From the NCBI GenBank assembly GCA_040954595.2, contig CM082583.2, forward strand, positions 1,560,925 to 1,624,924: DNA of 64,000 bases, given 5' to 3'. The notes under the pieces were generated by a model. It saw only the letters and a program-made list of their open reading frames with translations, searched no databases and was not told where the DNA came from. This DNA is from Balanoglossus misakiensis (Eukaryota > Animalia > Hemichordata). This document shows positions 23,001 through 34,500 of the stretch, in pieces (the stretch's first letter is position 1; each line of letters starts with the position of its first letter). The position numbers and the translations under genes were made by a program.

Positions 23001-25616
23001 GCAATATCTCCTCCTCGTCCACAGCCATAGCCTAGTAAAAATTAATCTTCTCAATTACAGAGGTATGTAAATCAGTGGGAGTCCAACTTAGTGTCAATGG
23101 GTCTTGTGAGTCGTGTCCCATGGGAACCTATCGATCAAATGCTGAACTTCAGCCATCTTGTATGCCGTGCCCATTTGGCTTCACCACAAGAACAGTCGGT
23201 TCAACCTTAAGTGAAGATTGTAATGTTTGTAAGTATTATGTATACAACTTTTCATGTTGTATCTCAACTGTACTGAACTGAAGGTTGTATTATTGTGCCT
23301 CAGTTGTTCAGAATAATGATAGTCCTCCAATTTTATTCTATGCTCTTTTTCCATTCCATCAACAGCTTACTGCAATGTTGGTTGGTACTTGAATCAGGAG
23401 TCCTATAGATGTGAGAAATGCCCTGTTGGAACATATAACTTTGAATTCAACCAGGATGCTTGTCAACCATGCCCAACTGGCTACACTACAGGCAGAGAGG
23501 GTGCCCTATATAAAACAGAATGTGATGGTAGGAATAAATTTTTCATAATCATAGAACTGATAACATGCATGAAGTGCTTGTGGAGATCAACCTTAACTGT
23601 TCAATCTGATACAAACACTTCATTATAAGAAATTTTCTTCTTTATTTAGAGTATCATTTGATATGTTGTGTGATCCAATATTTTTATATAATTTAATAAT
23701 GCTCCTCTTTTAACACCTTTTCTGAAAATTTCACGGAAATAACAATATTGTAATACTGTTTTCTCAGAATTCTACATGTTAGGCTATGGAATGTGATAAC
23801 TATGCACTGCATCTGGGTAGTCATCTAACTTAAAGGTATACAGTCACCTCCAATTTACAAACGCCCATATATGGCTGAAATGGAGTATATGAGAGTTCTA
23901 AAGAACATATGGTGGCGCTCTTTTTTGCATGTGCCACCCACTGAAAATCTGTGATTGGCTAGATCTCCTTTTGCCATGGTAACTATAGCTAATTTTCCAT
24001 AGGTGACCGTATACCTTTAACTGGTGATATGTATGAAGATCCCATAGTTTTATTTGGTGGTCAGTTAAAGACATTGCAAGAATTTTTGTTTTCTAGATGC
24101 ACATGAATGTCGTCTTGGTCTGGATGACTGTCACCCAAATGCCACTTGCAGGAATCTTGTACCAGGATATGAATGCACTTGCAAAACTGGTTGCACTGGT
24201 GATGGAATAACTTGTACAGGTATGTAACTATCTACAACTGAAATGTCAACAGAAATATGTACAGCTAAAACGTAGACACTACTGTTGATTTAGTATCTCT
24301 CTTGCTGCCCTTTTTCCATTAATTATGTTTGATACAAGACACTGTTTATGTTATTCACCCGGTACATGTGGATATATAGTGAATCAACGTTCGACAGCAC
24401 ACAACTTCCATTCCGTTTGTAAGAAATGAATCTGCAAGTGGGTTTAGTTCTTGTCTAATACAAATGGTTCGTCAGGTAGAATAATGTGATGTGATTTTAC
24501 TCTTGTGTCTAGATAAATGTGAAGGGTTCTGCTCAAACAATGCTGTTTGCATCAAGGACAGTGATGGCAATCCTGTTTGTGAATGTACTGATGAATATCA
24601 AGGTGAAACTTGCCGCCAGAGAATACCAATGCAAGTTAAAGGTGTGTATACATTTCTCTGTCTTTTAATAACTCAAGATTGAAAAACAATATTCACTAAA
24701 GTTTACACATTTGTTTGATCTACATGATTACAGTTTATGTTGTCTTGAAAATATTTGTGAAAATGGTGAAACTGCAACATCTGCAGTATAACTAGATTTT
24801 TGGTCAACTAACCATTTTACAATAGTTAAGCATCATAATGAATGGTTGTCTTGCTTTTATCGTAGCATATCGCCCCCGTGACAAATAGAAATATTTAAAC
24901 TCTTACAGATTCCTCCGTTGACACAGCTGTCATCATTGGTGGTGTTGCGGGAGGTTTAGCGGCTGTGTTAGTGCTTGGTGTAATAATGTTACTCATGTAC
25001 CAACGGTAAGTTATTTAGTACTACCAGAGTAGAATCGAGACAGCTGTAGAAATGTTGCCCATCAGAAAACTGGGAATTTACCTGTATCTTTCCATACATG
25101 CATGAGGCAACGTGAAAAATAATCACATCTGTATCGTGGAAGCAAATTTATTCAAAGAGTTCATGCATAGACCTATTCGCGTATAGGGTAACTGCAGTGC
25201 ATCATGGTATAATTTGCGTTCAACATGCATGGCGGCTAACAAGGCAAAGTCACGCGACCAGACCGCAAAGTGTCCAACAACCACCTGCGTTATTCTACAG
25301 TAGTAACAACATCACAACAAATCCCACATTGATGATGTTCAACTATTTGACATTCAGGTGTGCTCCTGGAGGAAAGAAACATCCAGGCTGGGAAGAACAA
25401 GAGGCAACTATGGATATCCATTGGTTTGATGATACAGATGATGTTGATAGCAAGGTAGGGAAAAGTGTGGAAGATTAGGAAGCCTTCAGAGAAATCTATC
25501 ACTACAATCCCATGTATAGTGGCGACAGTGGTAGTGCCAGTGGAAGTGAGGAATGGAGACCAAGGCCTCTTAAGAGTAGATATGAACTATTTCATGAGAG
25601 TCACGGATACAGATAA
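17084..25616 (+). CDS. 3' part of an Uninflatable-like (SVEP1-related) single-pass membrane protein: LamG/pentraxin-EGF-HYR-sushi-furin site-ephrin_rec_like repeats-EGFx2-TM-NPxY tail; possibly a damaged allele or pseudogene
   Basis: Phase-compatible exons 17084-17284, 17688-17971, 18711-18851, 19557-19652, 20652-20852 (AT acceptor), 21259-21511 (RRKR), 22080-22228, 22823-22984, 23061-23228, 23366-23527, 24097-24219, 24513-24641 (DKCEGFCSNNAVCIKDSDGNPVCEC), 24909-25005 (TM AVIIGGVAGGLAAVLVLGVIMLLMY) and 25358-25478/25616. Confidence 0.88.
18310..18409. repeat. (CAT/CAC)n intronic trinucleotide repeat
   Basis: Visible run lying between exons; explains the spurious poly-His ORF. Confidence 0.95.
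19750..19939. mobile_element. TA-flanked MITE (CTGTAAAACGG...CCGTTTTACAG), Tc1/mariner-type
   Basis: TIRs with TA on both sides. Confidence 0.75.
21803..22010. mobile_element. TA-flanked MITE related to 19750-19939
   Basis: TA-CTGCAAAACG...CAGTTTACAG-TA with imperfect TIRs. Confidence 0.65.
22266..22350. mobile_element. Small piggyBac-type MITE
   Basis: TTAA-CCCTTTCAC...GTGAAAGGA-TTAA. Confidence 0.6.
23834..24016. mobile_element. Kolobok-type MITE
   Basis: TTAA-AGGTATACAGTCACCT...AGGTGACCGTATACCT-TTAA. Confidence 0.8.
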
Positions 25617-27261
25617 TTCTAATGTGCCATCTCTGTGTGTACATGTATGGTATAATTCAAATGATAACTAGAATGGTTTTCATTTTGTGAGTTGACACAG
25701 TACTGTGATAAGCTTGGTATAATCCCATAAATGATAACAATAATAGTTATGCTTTGTCAGACGACAGTACTGTGATAAGCGCACATTAAATTGGTTGGAG
25801 TGAAACAGATCTTTATTATTACACTCTTAGCAACATCTGAATGAAATGATCATAAATAATCATCTTTAAAGTATGTTGGTTATAAGGCTATATATTTTAC
25901 ATATTTTAAAGAATTTTCCTTAAAAATTTGTTATGACTTATTATAAGGTATTGTGTAATGAAAAAGATATGATAATACGAGAATTCCTAAACAACAACAA
26001 ATTTTTGTTGAATTTGGAGGACAAATTTAACAGTGTACCAATTCAGCTCTCCCTTTGCATGCTGACTTGCTTCTGTATTCATACAAGGCAGCATTTATCC
26101 TTAACTTGATCAGATAGAAGGTCTTTTCATCCAAATGCATAGATTATGAATTATTTCTCTCAATATATTCAGTGACTACCTCCCGATGATATATATCCTC
26201 CTGAATTAGTGCTTCAAATTTTGATATTTTTCTTGATATTTTTCTTTAATTTGACTTCAACCGTCACCATTCTCCAAGACTGTAAAAGAAGGGAGATGAT
26301 GATTAACTATTATCAATTTTTTTGCCCCTTGTACTGTCTTTACAACTGGCCGTATAAATCTGATATTTGTTTGGCATGCGAATTTTGGAATATGGATGTG
26401 TATGATCACAATTATAAGATCCTCAAAATAAAAGATCCTATCATTTCATTTGGTTAATAACCAGTTCATAGGTGAATGGAAATATAGTTACTCACTTTGA
26501 GACCTGACATGTATATATAATAATTCAAAGTATTTATTCGCATATTTTTATATTATTCATGGTGTTATAGATCAATGGAAATTTTTCAAATTAAATTCAT
26601 GTATATAAAATGTAGCAATGTAATGTCATATGTGAAACCCTTAATCTTGATATTGTAATTCATTGTAGAATATGATTATATTGTGTTATTCACTCAACTT
26701 GTGCATGTATGTTTAAGATTCATGCAAAATTACTTTTTTATACAAACTGTTCCTTTTTGTGTTGTTCGGAGGTGACAACTCATCAACAATGAAATAAGTT
26801 TGGGCAATTTTTGAACAAAGTCATGAAGTGGAAGTACTATAAATAAGTTTAATATCTGTTTGAGTTGTCCTGCCAGAAGTCAACATTTTTAGCTTATACA
26901 AATACTGGTGCAACTACAGAACAGTTGAAGAATTTCATCATTATATTTATGTTTTAATTACAAGTATATCAATTGTACCTTTTCCTTATATTAAAAGCAT
27001 ATTTTTATTATAATATTTAACTGAGTTCTTTGTCTACTTTTTTAAACTGACAATTTGTCAGTCATTACCATAACCATGGAGTGTATTTCACTGTGTCCAG
27101 AGATTCTTCTGTAGTTGTTATAGAAAGACATCAAACCAGGTCCAATAATCAATATTACTCAAGCTAAGCTAATTACCAGGTCCAGGTTCAAAAAAGAAAT
27201 AAGAGAAAAACTTACAATTTCAACAGGATCATCTTGAACCACTACTAAGTGGTAGTACTCG

Positions 27262-27711
27262 CACAGGGGGGCTGCAAACATGAAAGTTATAAATGGCGGA
27301 GTTCCTGCATTTTCCCCCAATAAACATTAATTGATGAACAGTCTTTGTGCTTGTTTATTTTTCTGTGTTTCCTCCACCTGTCTTAGCAGTTGCTAATCCA
27401 GAATACAAACTATTGCATTTCCCATTAAGCACCTGCTAACGACTTAATCTGTGTGCCCCATCCACGGATTTAGTGGATTAAGTAAACATCGGTCAGTTCT
27501 CACTTGGTAAGAGAATACCCAGTACTCGCTGACCGATGTTTACTTTATTAACTTAATCCGTGGATGGGGCACACAGATTAAGTCGTTAGCAGGTGATTAA
27601 TGGGAAATGGATAGCTTTTATTCTGGATTAGCAAATGATAAGACAGGTTGGGAAAACGCAGAATGGAACGTACTTCGCCATTTATAACTTTCATGTTTGC
27701 AGCCCCCTGTG
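27262..27711. mobile_element. 450-bp hairpin MITE with CACAG termini (P-element-like)
   Basis: Nearly the whole element is self-complementary. The flanks GTACTCG and GTACTAG form a 7-bp TSD with one mismatch. Confidence 0.75.
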
Positions 27712-28619
27712 GTACTAGGTGTCGGAAATGGGTAACCACACCCTTCCAGCATGCTACACCCGTTAAGACTGACCCAAAGAGACAGATTTAAGTTGAATTT
27801 GACTTAACTAACAAATTACTGTTGCAAGTCAAATCCATATTTTGACTTTATCTCTGACTGAGCGCAGCGTTGTCTGAGAGACACTCCACGTCTTCCTCTT
27901 CACAAGCAGCCCACTTCAAGTTTCAGCAACATCCATAATAGTCCTAAAGTTGAAGTGCCAGTTAAAATTAGGTTTTTGGACCAAACTGGAATAGCTGCCG
28001 AAGTTTGGTATTTCAAATGATTGTCAGGTCACCTGTTTATTATATGACTGTGAGGTTTCTAACAAAAGGGAGATGACATACAATCACAAGTGTAAATCCA
28101 ATATTGAACATTACTTAAAGGGACAAATTGTTCAAATCCTCTTTTGAGCTTATTTGGTCAATTTTGTTTGATATGAAATGTGCCTATTATGCTGTTTGAC
28201 TTCTTTAAACATGCTTAAATACTGGCCAATAAATAACTCCACTATGTTTGAAATTAAACCAGATAGTACAATAATACATTCCAAATGTCATCTGTGATAA
28301 CATCATGCTTTGGACTTTTTTACTTTATATATTACATAACATGTTACGGAGGGGGGAGAGAGGTGAGAAAAGGAATGTGAGAAAGGAGAAGAAAAGCAAG
28401 AGGGCGGAAATGAGAATGTCAGGATGGAAAGGGAATGAGGGGAGGACTTTGACAGAAGGGGAGGGGAGAGACCGAATAAGTGAAGGTGAGAGAGGAAGTG
28501 GTTAGACAGGAAGAAAGGGAAATTAAAGCTCAATCACCACCACCACCACCACCACCACAATCATCATCATCACCATCATTGCCATCATCATTCTGGAGGC
28601 ATCGTGGCCTGTATTGGCC

Positions 28620-29055
28620 CATGGGCATCATGGGCCAAAAAAACTGATTCAGTGTAAATGTGCATAAACCACACTTTTGTATGAACTCCTGTAACCGGTG
28701 ACGCAAGTCGTGAGTGGATTTGTGGGCGTGTCGCGACCTTTTCTGTGAACGTGATGCAGAGTGATATATTGATGACCCCCAGCCACCCCCACACCCTTTG
28801 GTAACATACTTCTTAAACTTTCTTTACATAGAATGGACTTCTCAAACCTTCCTTACCAAAGTTCTGATTAAAGATATCTATCTTCTAGGGTACTACCAAC
28901 AGCGTTTCACGTGACTGTAGACAAGCATCAAGTACCTGTACACAGACAAGGGCGTGCGCGCGTCCACAATAATTTAAAACGAATGTTTCCACCGCCGTGT
29001 GTTTTATGCACATAAACACTGAATCAGCTTTAATATTGTCCCATGATGCCCCGTG
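28620..29055. mobile_element. Degenerate MITE with ~55-bp TIRs (CAYGG-GGCATCATGGG)
   Basis: 28620-28675 is the reverse complement of 28997-29055. No clear TSD. Confidence 0.5.
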
Positions 29056-30334
29056 AGTTGTCAGGGTACCAAACTGACAATGCTGGAGAAAAAATGAAGT
29101 GTTGACATGCATGTTGTTGAGGGGTTTCACAATGCATGTTACGGACGCTGGTTTCTCTTAGCAATAGAGTAGAGGCGTAAGGATGGGTTGATCTTGTGAT
29201 TAAGAATTTTGGCAAAGAAACAGAAATTGTGTCATTTAGTTTTGTATTAAACCCTATTCGCGTATTTTGTGTTAAAGCACGAAATACTGCAATAATGAGA
29301 TACGGTAGTATTTAACACATATAATATATGATATAATATAGCTTTATCAATACCAGTGAATTTTGTGACGTCATTGCTGTACATTTTTTTATCTTTTATT
29401 TAAAACGCACAATGTTACATCAACAAATCAAAAGAAGAAACGAACTGAAAACTCACATCATAGCTTCAAAATTTATTACACTTTCTGGATGGTTGCATGA
29501 TTCCTAAGGCTTGTATACCTTCAACCTCAATGTCACGCGGGAGGATTGGTGTTGGGAATGTAACGGGGAATTAAACTCTATCGATGGGGATAACTCGCTT
29601 GGCTAATACTGAGAGGTACCTATATGGAATCGTGCTGACGTCCAGATACATCGACACGAACACTGGGTATTTATGGTAGCAACTGAGAATATAAGAATTT
29701 AATGAAATAAACCTACTCGACCACTTGCGTTCTGAGGACAAGAAGGACACAAATAGTCCGCCATCCAAAAGACCGTTCCAGCATTTTATTTTTACCCGCC
29801 AAAAGACGCGGAGATATATTTTTAGATGAATGATCCATGCATACTCTGATTGCATAGTACTTGTCTTCCTTGTGTTCCTTAAAACAATGAATGTATTGTA
29901 TTTTCTTTTCTTTTCATCAGGAATGCGATAACTTTCTTAACACTTCAAAAGTTTCTTTACTCTTCAATCACTTCTGTCTCAACTTTTAAGTTTAACTTTT
30001 ACTTCCAAATCTCAGGTCACAAACTCTATAGACTGCTAAACAATTTTCTTCCTAGTGTTGTATGCGCCACTTGTGAATTTTTGCGAGTGAGATTCACGGG
30101 CGTTTGAGCACAATTTATACAAAATATGTTTATCGCCATTAGAAAAACGTTCGCGTAGAATCAATGACGTCATGGTAAATTTTAGCTGCATGCTCCAATA
30201 GGGATGATAGGGAGACTACTTGTTGTAGAGCACCTGAAAATGTACGTATTTCGTCACTTCCTTTTCGCGAAATTTAATTCTTAACGGCATCTTAGTTTTA
30301 AGATTTGTGATTCCTTTTTTCTTCAGTTGTACAT

Positions 30335-30605
30335 TTGCATCACGGGATACTTCTTTGTAGACTATCGAACCTTGGCATCTCAGACACAGTACTAACATGG
30401 TTTACATCTTACCTTCAATATAGATATCAAACTGTAATCATCGAAAACACTGCAAGTTCACAGTCACCTCTCGTATACGGGGTGCCACTGCCCCTCTGTT
30501 GTTCACCATTTATATAGCCCCACTTTATAGTAAACCGATTCGTCCCCACATCCTACAATTTCATCAGTACGCCGATGATAACCAGCGATACCTCGCCTTT
30601 TCCCA
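30335..30605 (+). pseudogene. Degenerate L2/CR1-clade LINE reverse transcriptase fragment
   Basis: HGILLCRLSNLGISDTVLTWFTSYL...YGVP, then after frameshifts LFTIYIAPL and FHQYADDNQRY (YADD motif). Confidence 0.85.
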
Positions 30606-30670
30606 TCAAGATTCAACCTCTGACGTTCCTGTCTTCTAAGGATTGTTGAACTTTAATTCATGCAGTTTGT

Positions 30671-31210
30671 TGTTACGGCCGGTCGTCCTCCGGACGTTTA
30701 CCTCATTGGCTTCTGTGGGGAATCAGCCACGTCCGAAAGCTGACGGCGTACATTCTCTCCATCTCCTTCTCCACCCAACATATTCATAAAGTCCGAGAGA
30801 GGTACCCGGCAGATCGTAAACCTTTCGTAGACAGAGACTTGCAAGAAGTTTTCCGAGTAACACAAAGTTCTGGTTTATTACTGGTCACACGTAAGAATTA
30901 CACGACTCGATCCATGCTCGTTGACTCCCATCACGGATCTCCGGTGATAAATGTGTGATCTCAAATTTCACCACACCTTATTAATACGTTAGTCAAGTAT
31001 TAAGTCATAAAAGGAACACGTCATCTTGATATTTCTTAAACATGAACTTAGCGCGTGATATCTCTATCTCGTTCTGACATGTATCAATTACACAATCTTG
31101 TTTACTCTGGGTCAAGTACCAATGTCAATACTGGACTAAAACCATATAAGTGAATGACTTCTTACGTAATCATAAACAAGATCTATGATCGTTAAAACTC
31201 AATCGTGACA
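30671..31210 (-). mobile_element. Solo LTR (540 bp)
   Basis: TGTTACG...CGTGACA termini, 5-bp flanks TTTGT and CTTGT, and AATAAA on the minus strand (~30874-30879). A second partial copy is at 5035-5215. Confidence 0.75.
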
Positions 31211-31517
31211 CTTGTATTACCGCTGGTTTCTCATGATTGTTCATGCATCGGGGAATCTGTAGCGATGAGGTAACGGGCTCTGACGAGAACCGTGATCCAC
31301 GGAGAAACGTATCTGATTTACGTTCATTTATTGTCCGGAATTATTATAGTACATCAAATACGCCCAGTAAAGTACATGAGGAAGGGAACGAGCTCAGTAG
31401 CCTGAGGTACTCCCATCTCCCGTTAGATTATTCTCCCCTAACTTTGGAAACAAAGTTCTCTTATAATTACTTTTCTCAAGGCGTGGTTAACCATGTAAAA
31501 TATCACAAATACATGTA

Positions 31518-34500
31518 GTGGCCAGTGTCGTGCCCATTAATTTTGAGTGTTTGGTGGGGTCAACCTTTGCGTCAACATTGATTAACCAGGCCATGCAGAG
31601 CTAGTGGCCAGTGTCGTGCCCATTAATTTTGAGTGTTTGGTGGGGTCAACCTTTGCGTCAACATTGATTAACCAGGCCATGCAGAGCTAGTGGCCAGTGT
31701 CGTGCCCATTAATTTTGAGTGTTTGGTGGGGTCAACTTTTGCGTCAACATTGATTAACCAGGCCATGCAGAGCTAGTGGCCAGTGTCGTGCCCATTAATT
31801 TTGAGTGTTTGGTGGGGTCAACCTTTGCGTCAACATTGATTAACCATGCCATGCAGAGCTAGTAGCCAGTGTCGTGCCCATTAATTTTGAGTGTTTGGTG
31901 GGGTCAACCTTTGCGTCAACATTGATTAACCAGGCCATGCAGAGCTAGTGGCCAGTGTCGTGCCCATTAATTTTGAGTGTTTGGTGGGGTCAACCTTTGC
32001 GTCAACATTGATTAACCAGGCCATGCAGAGCTAGTGGCCAGTGTCGTGCCCATTAATTTTGAGTGTTTGGTGGGGTCAACCTTTGCGTCAACATTGATAA
32101 ACCAGGCCATGCAGAGCTAGTGGCCAGTGTCGTTCCCATTAATTTTGAGTGTTTGGTGGGGTCAACCCTTGTGTCAACCTTGATTAGCCAGGCCAGAGCT
32201 TAGTGGCCAGTGTCGCGCCCATTAATTTTGAGTGTTTGGTGGGGTCAACCCTTGCGTCAACCTGGATTAGCCAGGCCAGAGCTAGTGGCCAGTGTCGTGC
32301 CCATCAATTTTGAGTGTTTGGTGGGGTCAACCCTTGCGTCAACATTGATTAGCCAGGCCAGAGCTAGTGGCCAGTGTCGTGCCCATCAATTTTGAGTGTT
32401 TGGTGGGGTCAACCCTTGCGTCAACCTTGATTAGCCAGGCCAGAGCTAGTGGCCAGTGTCGTGCCCATCAATTATGAGTGTTTGGTGGGGTCAACCCTTG
32501 CGTCAACCTTGATTAACCAGGCCAGAGCTTAGTGGCCAGTGTCGTGCCCATCAATTTTGAGTGTTTGGTGGGGTCAACCCTTGCGTCAACCTTGATTAGC
32601 CAGGCCAGAGCTAGTGGCCAGTGCCGTGCCCATCAATTATGAGTGTTTGGTGGGGTCAACCCTTGCGTCAACATTGATTAGCCAGGCCAGAGCTTAGTGG
32701 CCAGTGTTGCGCCCATTAATTTTGAGTGTTTGGTGGGGTCAACCCTTGCGTCAACCTTGATTAGCCAGGCCAGAGCTAGTGGCCAGTGTCGTGCCCATCA
32801 ATTTTGAGTGTTTGGTGGGGTCAACCTTTGCGTCAACCTTGATTAGCCAGGTCAGAGCTAGTGGCCAGTGTCGTGCCCATCAATTTTGAGTGTTTGGTGG
32901 GGTCAACCCTTGCGTCAACATTGATTAGCCAGGCCAGAGCTAGTGGCCAGTGTCGCGCCCATTAATTTTGAGTGTTTGGTGGGGTCAACCTTTGCGTCAA
33001 CATTGATTAACCAGGCCATGCAGAGCTAGTGGCCAGAATCACGCCCATTAATTTTGAGTGTTTGGTGGGGTCAACCTTTGCGTCAACATTGATTAACCAG
33101 GCCATGCAGAGCTAGTGGCCAGTGTCACGCCCATTAATTTTGAGTGTTTGGTGGGGTCAACCTTTGCGTCAACATTGATTAACCAGGCCATGCAGAGCTA
33201 GTGGCCAGTGTCGTGCCCATTAATTTTGAGTGTTTGGTGGGGTCAACCTTTGCGTCAACATTGATTAACCAGGCCATGCAGAGCTAGTGGCCAGTGTCGT
33301 GCCCATTAATTTTGAGTGTTTGGTGGGGTCAACCTTTGCGTCAACATTGATTAACCAGGCCATGCAGAGCTAGTGGCCAGTGTCGTGCCCATTAATTTTG
33401 AGTGTTTGGTGGGGTCAACCTTTGCGTCAACATTGATAAACCAGGCCATGCAGAGCTAGTGGCCAGTGTCGTTCCCATTAATTTTGAGTGTTTGGTGGGG
33501 TCAACCTGTGCGTCAACATTGATTAACCAGGCCAGAGCTTAGTGGCCAGTGTCGTGCCCATCAATTTTGAGTGTTTGGTGGGGTCAACCCTTGTGTCAAC
33601 CTTGATTAGCCAGGCCAGAGCTTAGTGGCCAGTGTCGCGCCCATTAATTTTGAGTGTTTGGTGGGGTCAACCCTTGCGTCAACCTGGATTAGCCAGGCCA
33701 GAGCTAGTGGCCAGTGTCGTGCCCATCAATTTTGAGTGTTTGGTGGGGTCAACCCTTGCGTCAACATTGATTAGCCAGGCCAGAGCTAGTGGCCAGTGTC
33801 GTGCCCATCAATTTTGAGTGTTTGGTGGGGTCAACCCTTGCGTCAACCTTGATTAGCCAGGCCAGAGCTAGTGGCCAGTGTCGTGCCCATCAATTATGAG
33901 TGTTTGGTGGGGTCAACCCTTGCGTCAACCTTGATTAGCCAGGCCAGAGCTTAGTGGCCAGTGTCGTGCCCATCAATTTTGAGTGTTTGGTGGGGTCAAC
34001 CCTTGCGTCAACCTTGATTAGCCAGGCCAGAGCTAGTGGCCAGTGTCGTGCCCATCAATTATGAGTGTTTGGTGGGGTCAACCCTTGCGTCAACATTGAT
34101 TAGCCAGGCCAGAGCTTAGTGGCCAGTGTTGCGCCCATTAATTTTGAGTGTTTGGTGGGGTCAACCTTTGCGTCAACCTTGATTAGCCAGGCCAGAGCTA
34201 GTGGCCAGTGTCGTGCCCATCAATTTTGAGTGTTTGGTGGGGTCAACCCTTGCGTCAACCTTGATTAGCCAGGCCAGAGCTAGTGGCCAGTGTCGCGCCC
34301 ATTAATTTTGAGTGTTTGGTGGGGTCAACCTTTGCGTCAACATTGATTAACCAGGCCATGCAGAGCTAGTGGCCAGTGTCGCGCCCATTAATTTTGAGTG
34401 TTTGGTGGGGTCAACCTTTGCGTCAACATTGATTAACCAGGCCATGCAGAGCTAGTGGCCAGTGTCGTGCCCATTAATTTTGAGTGTTTGGTGGGGTCAA

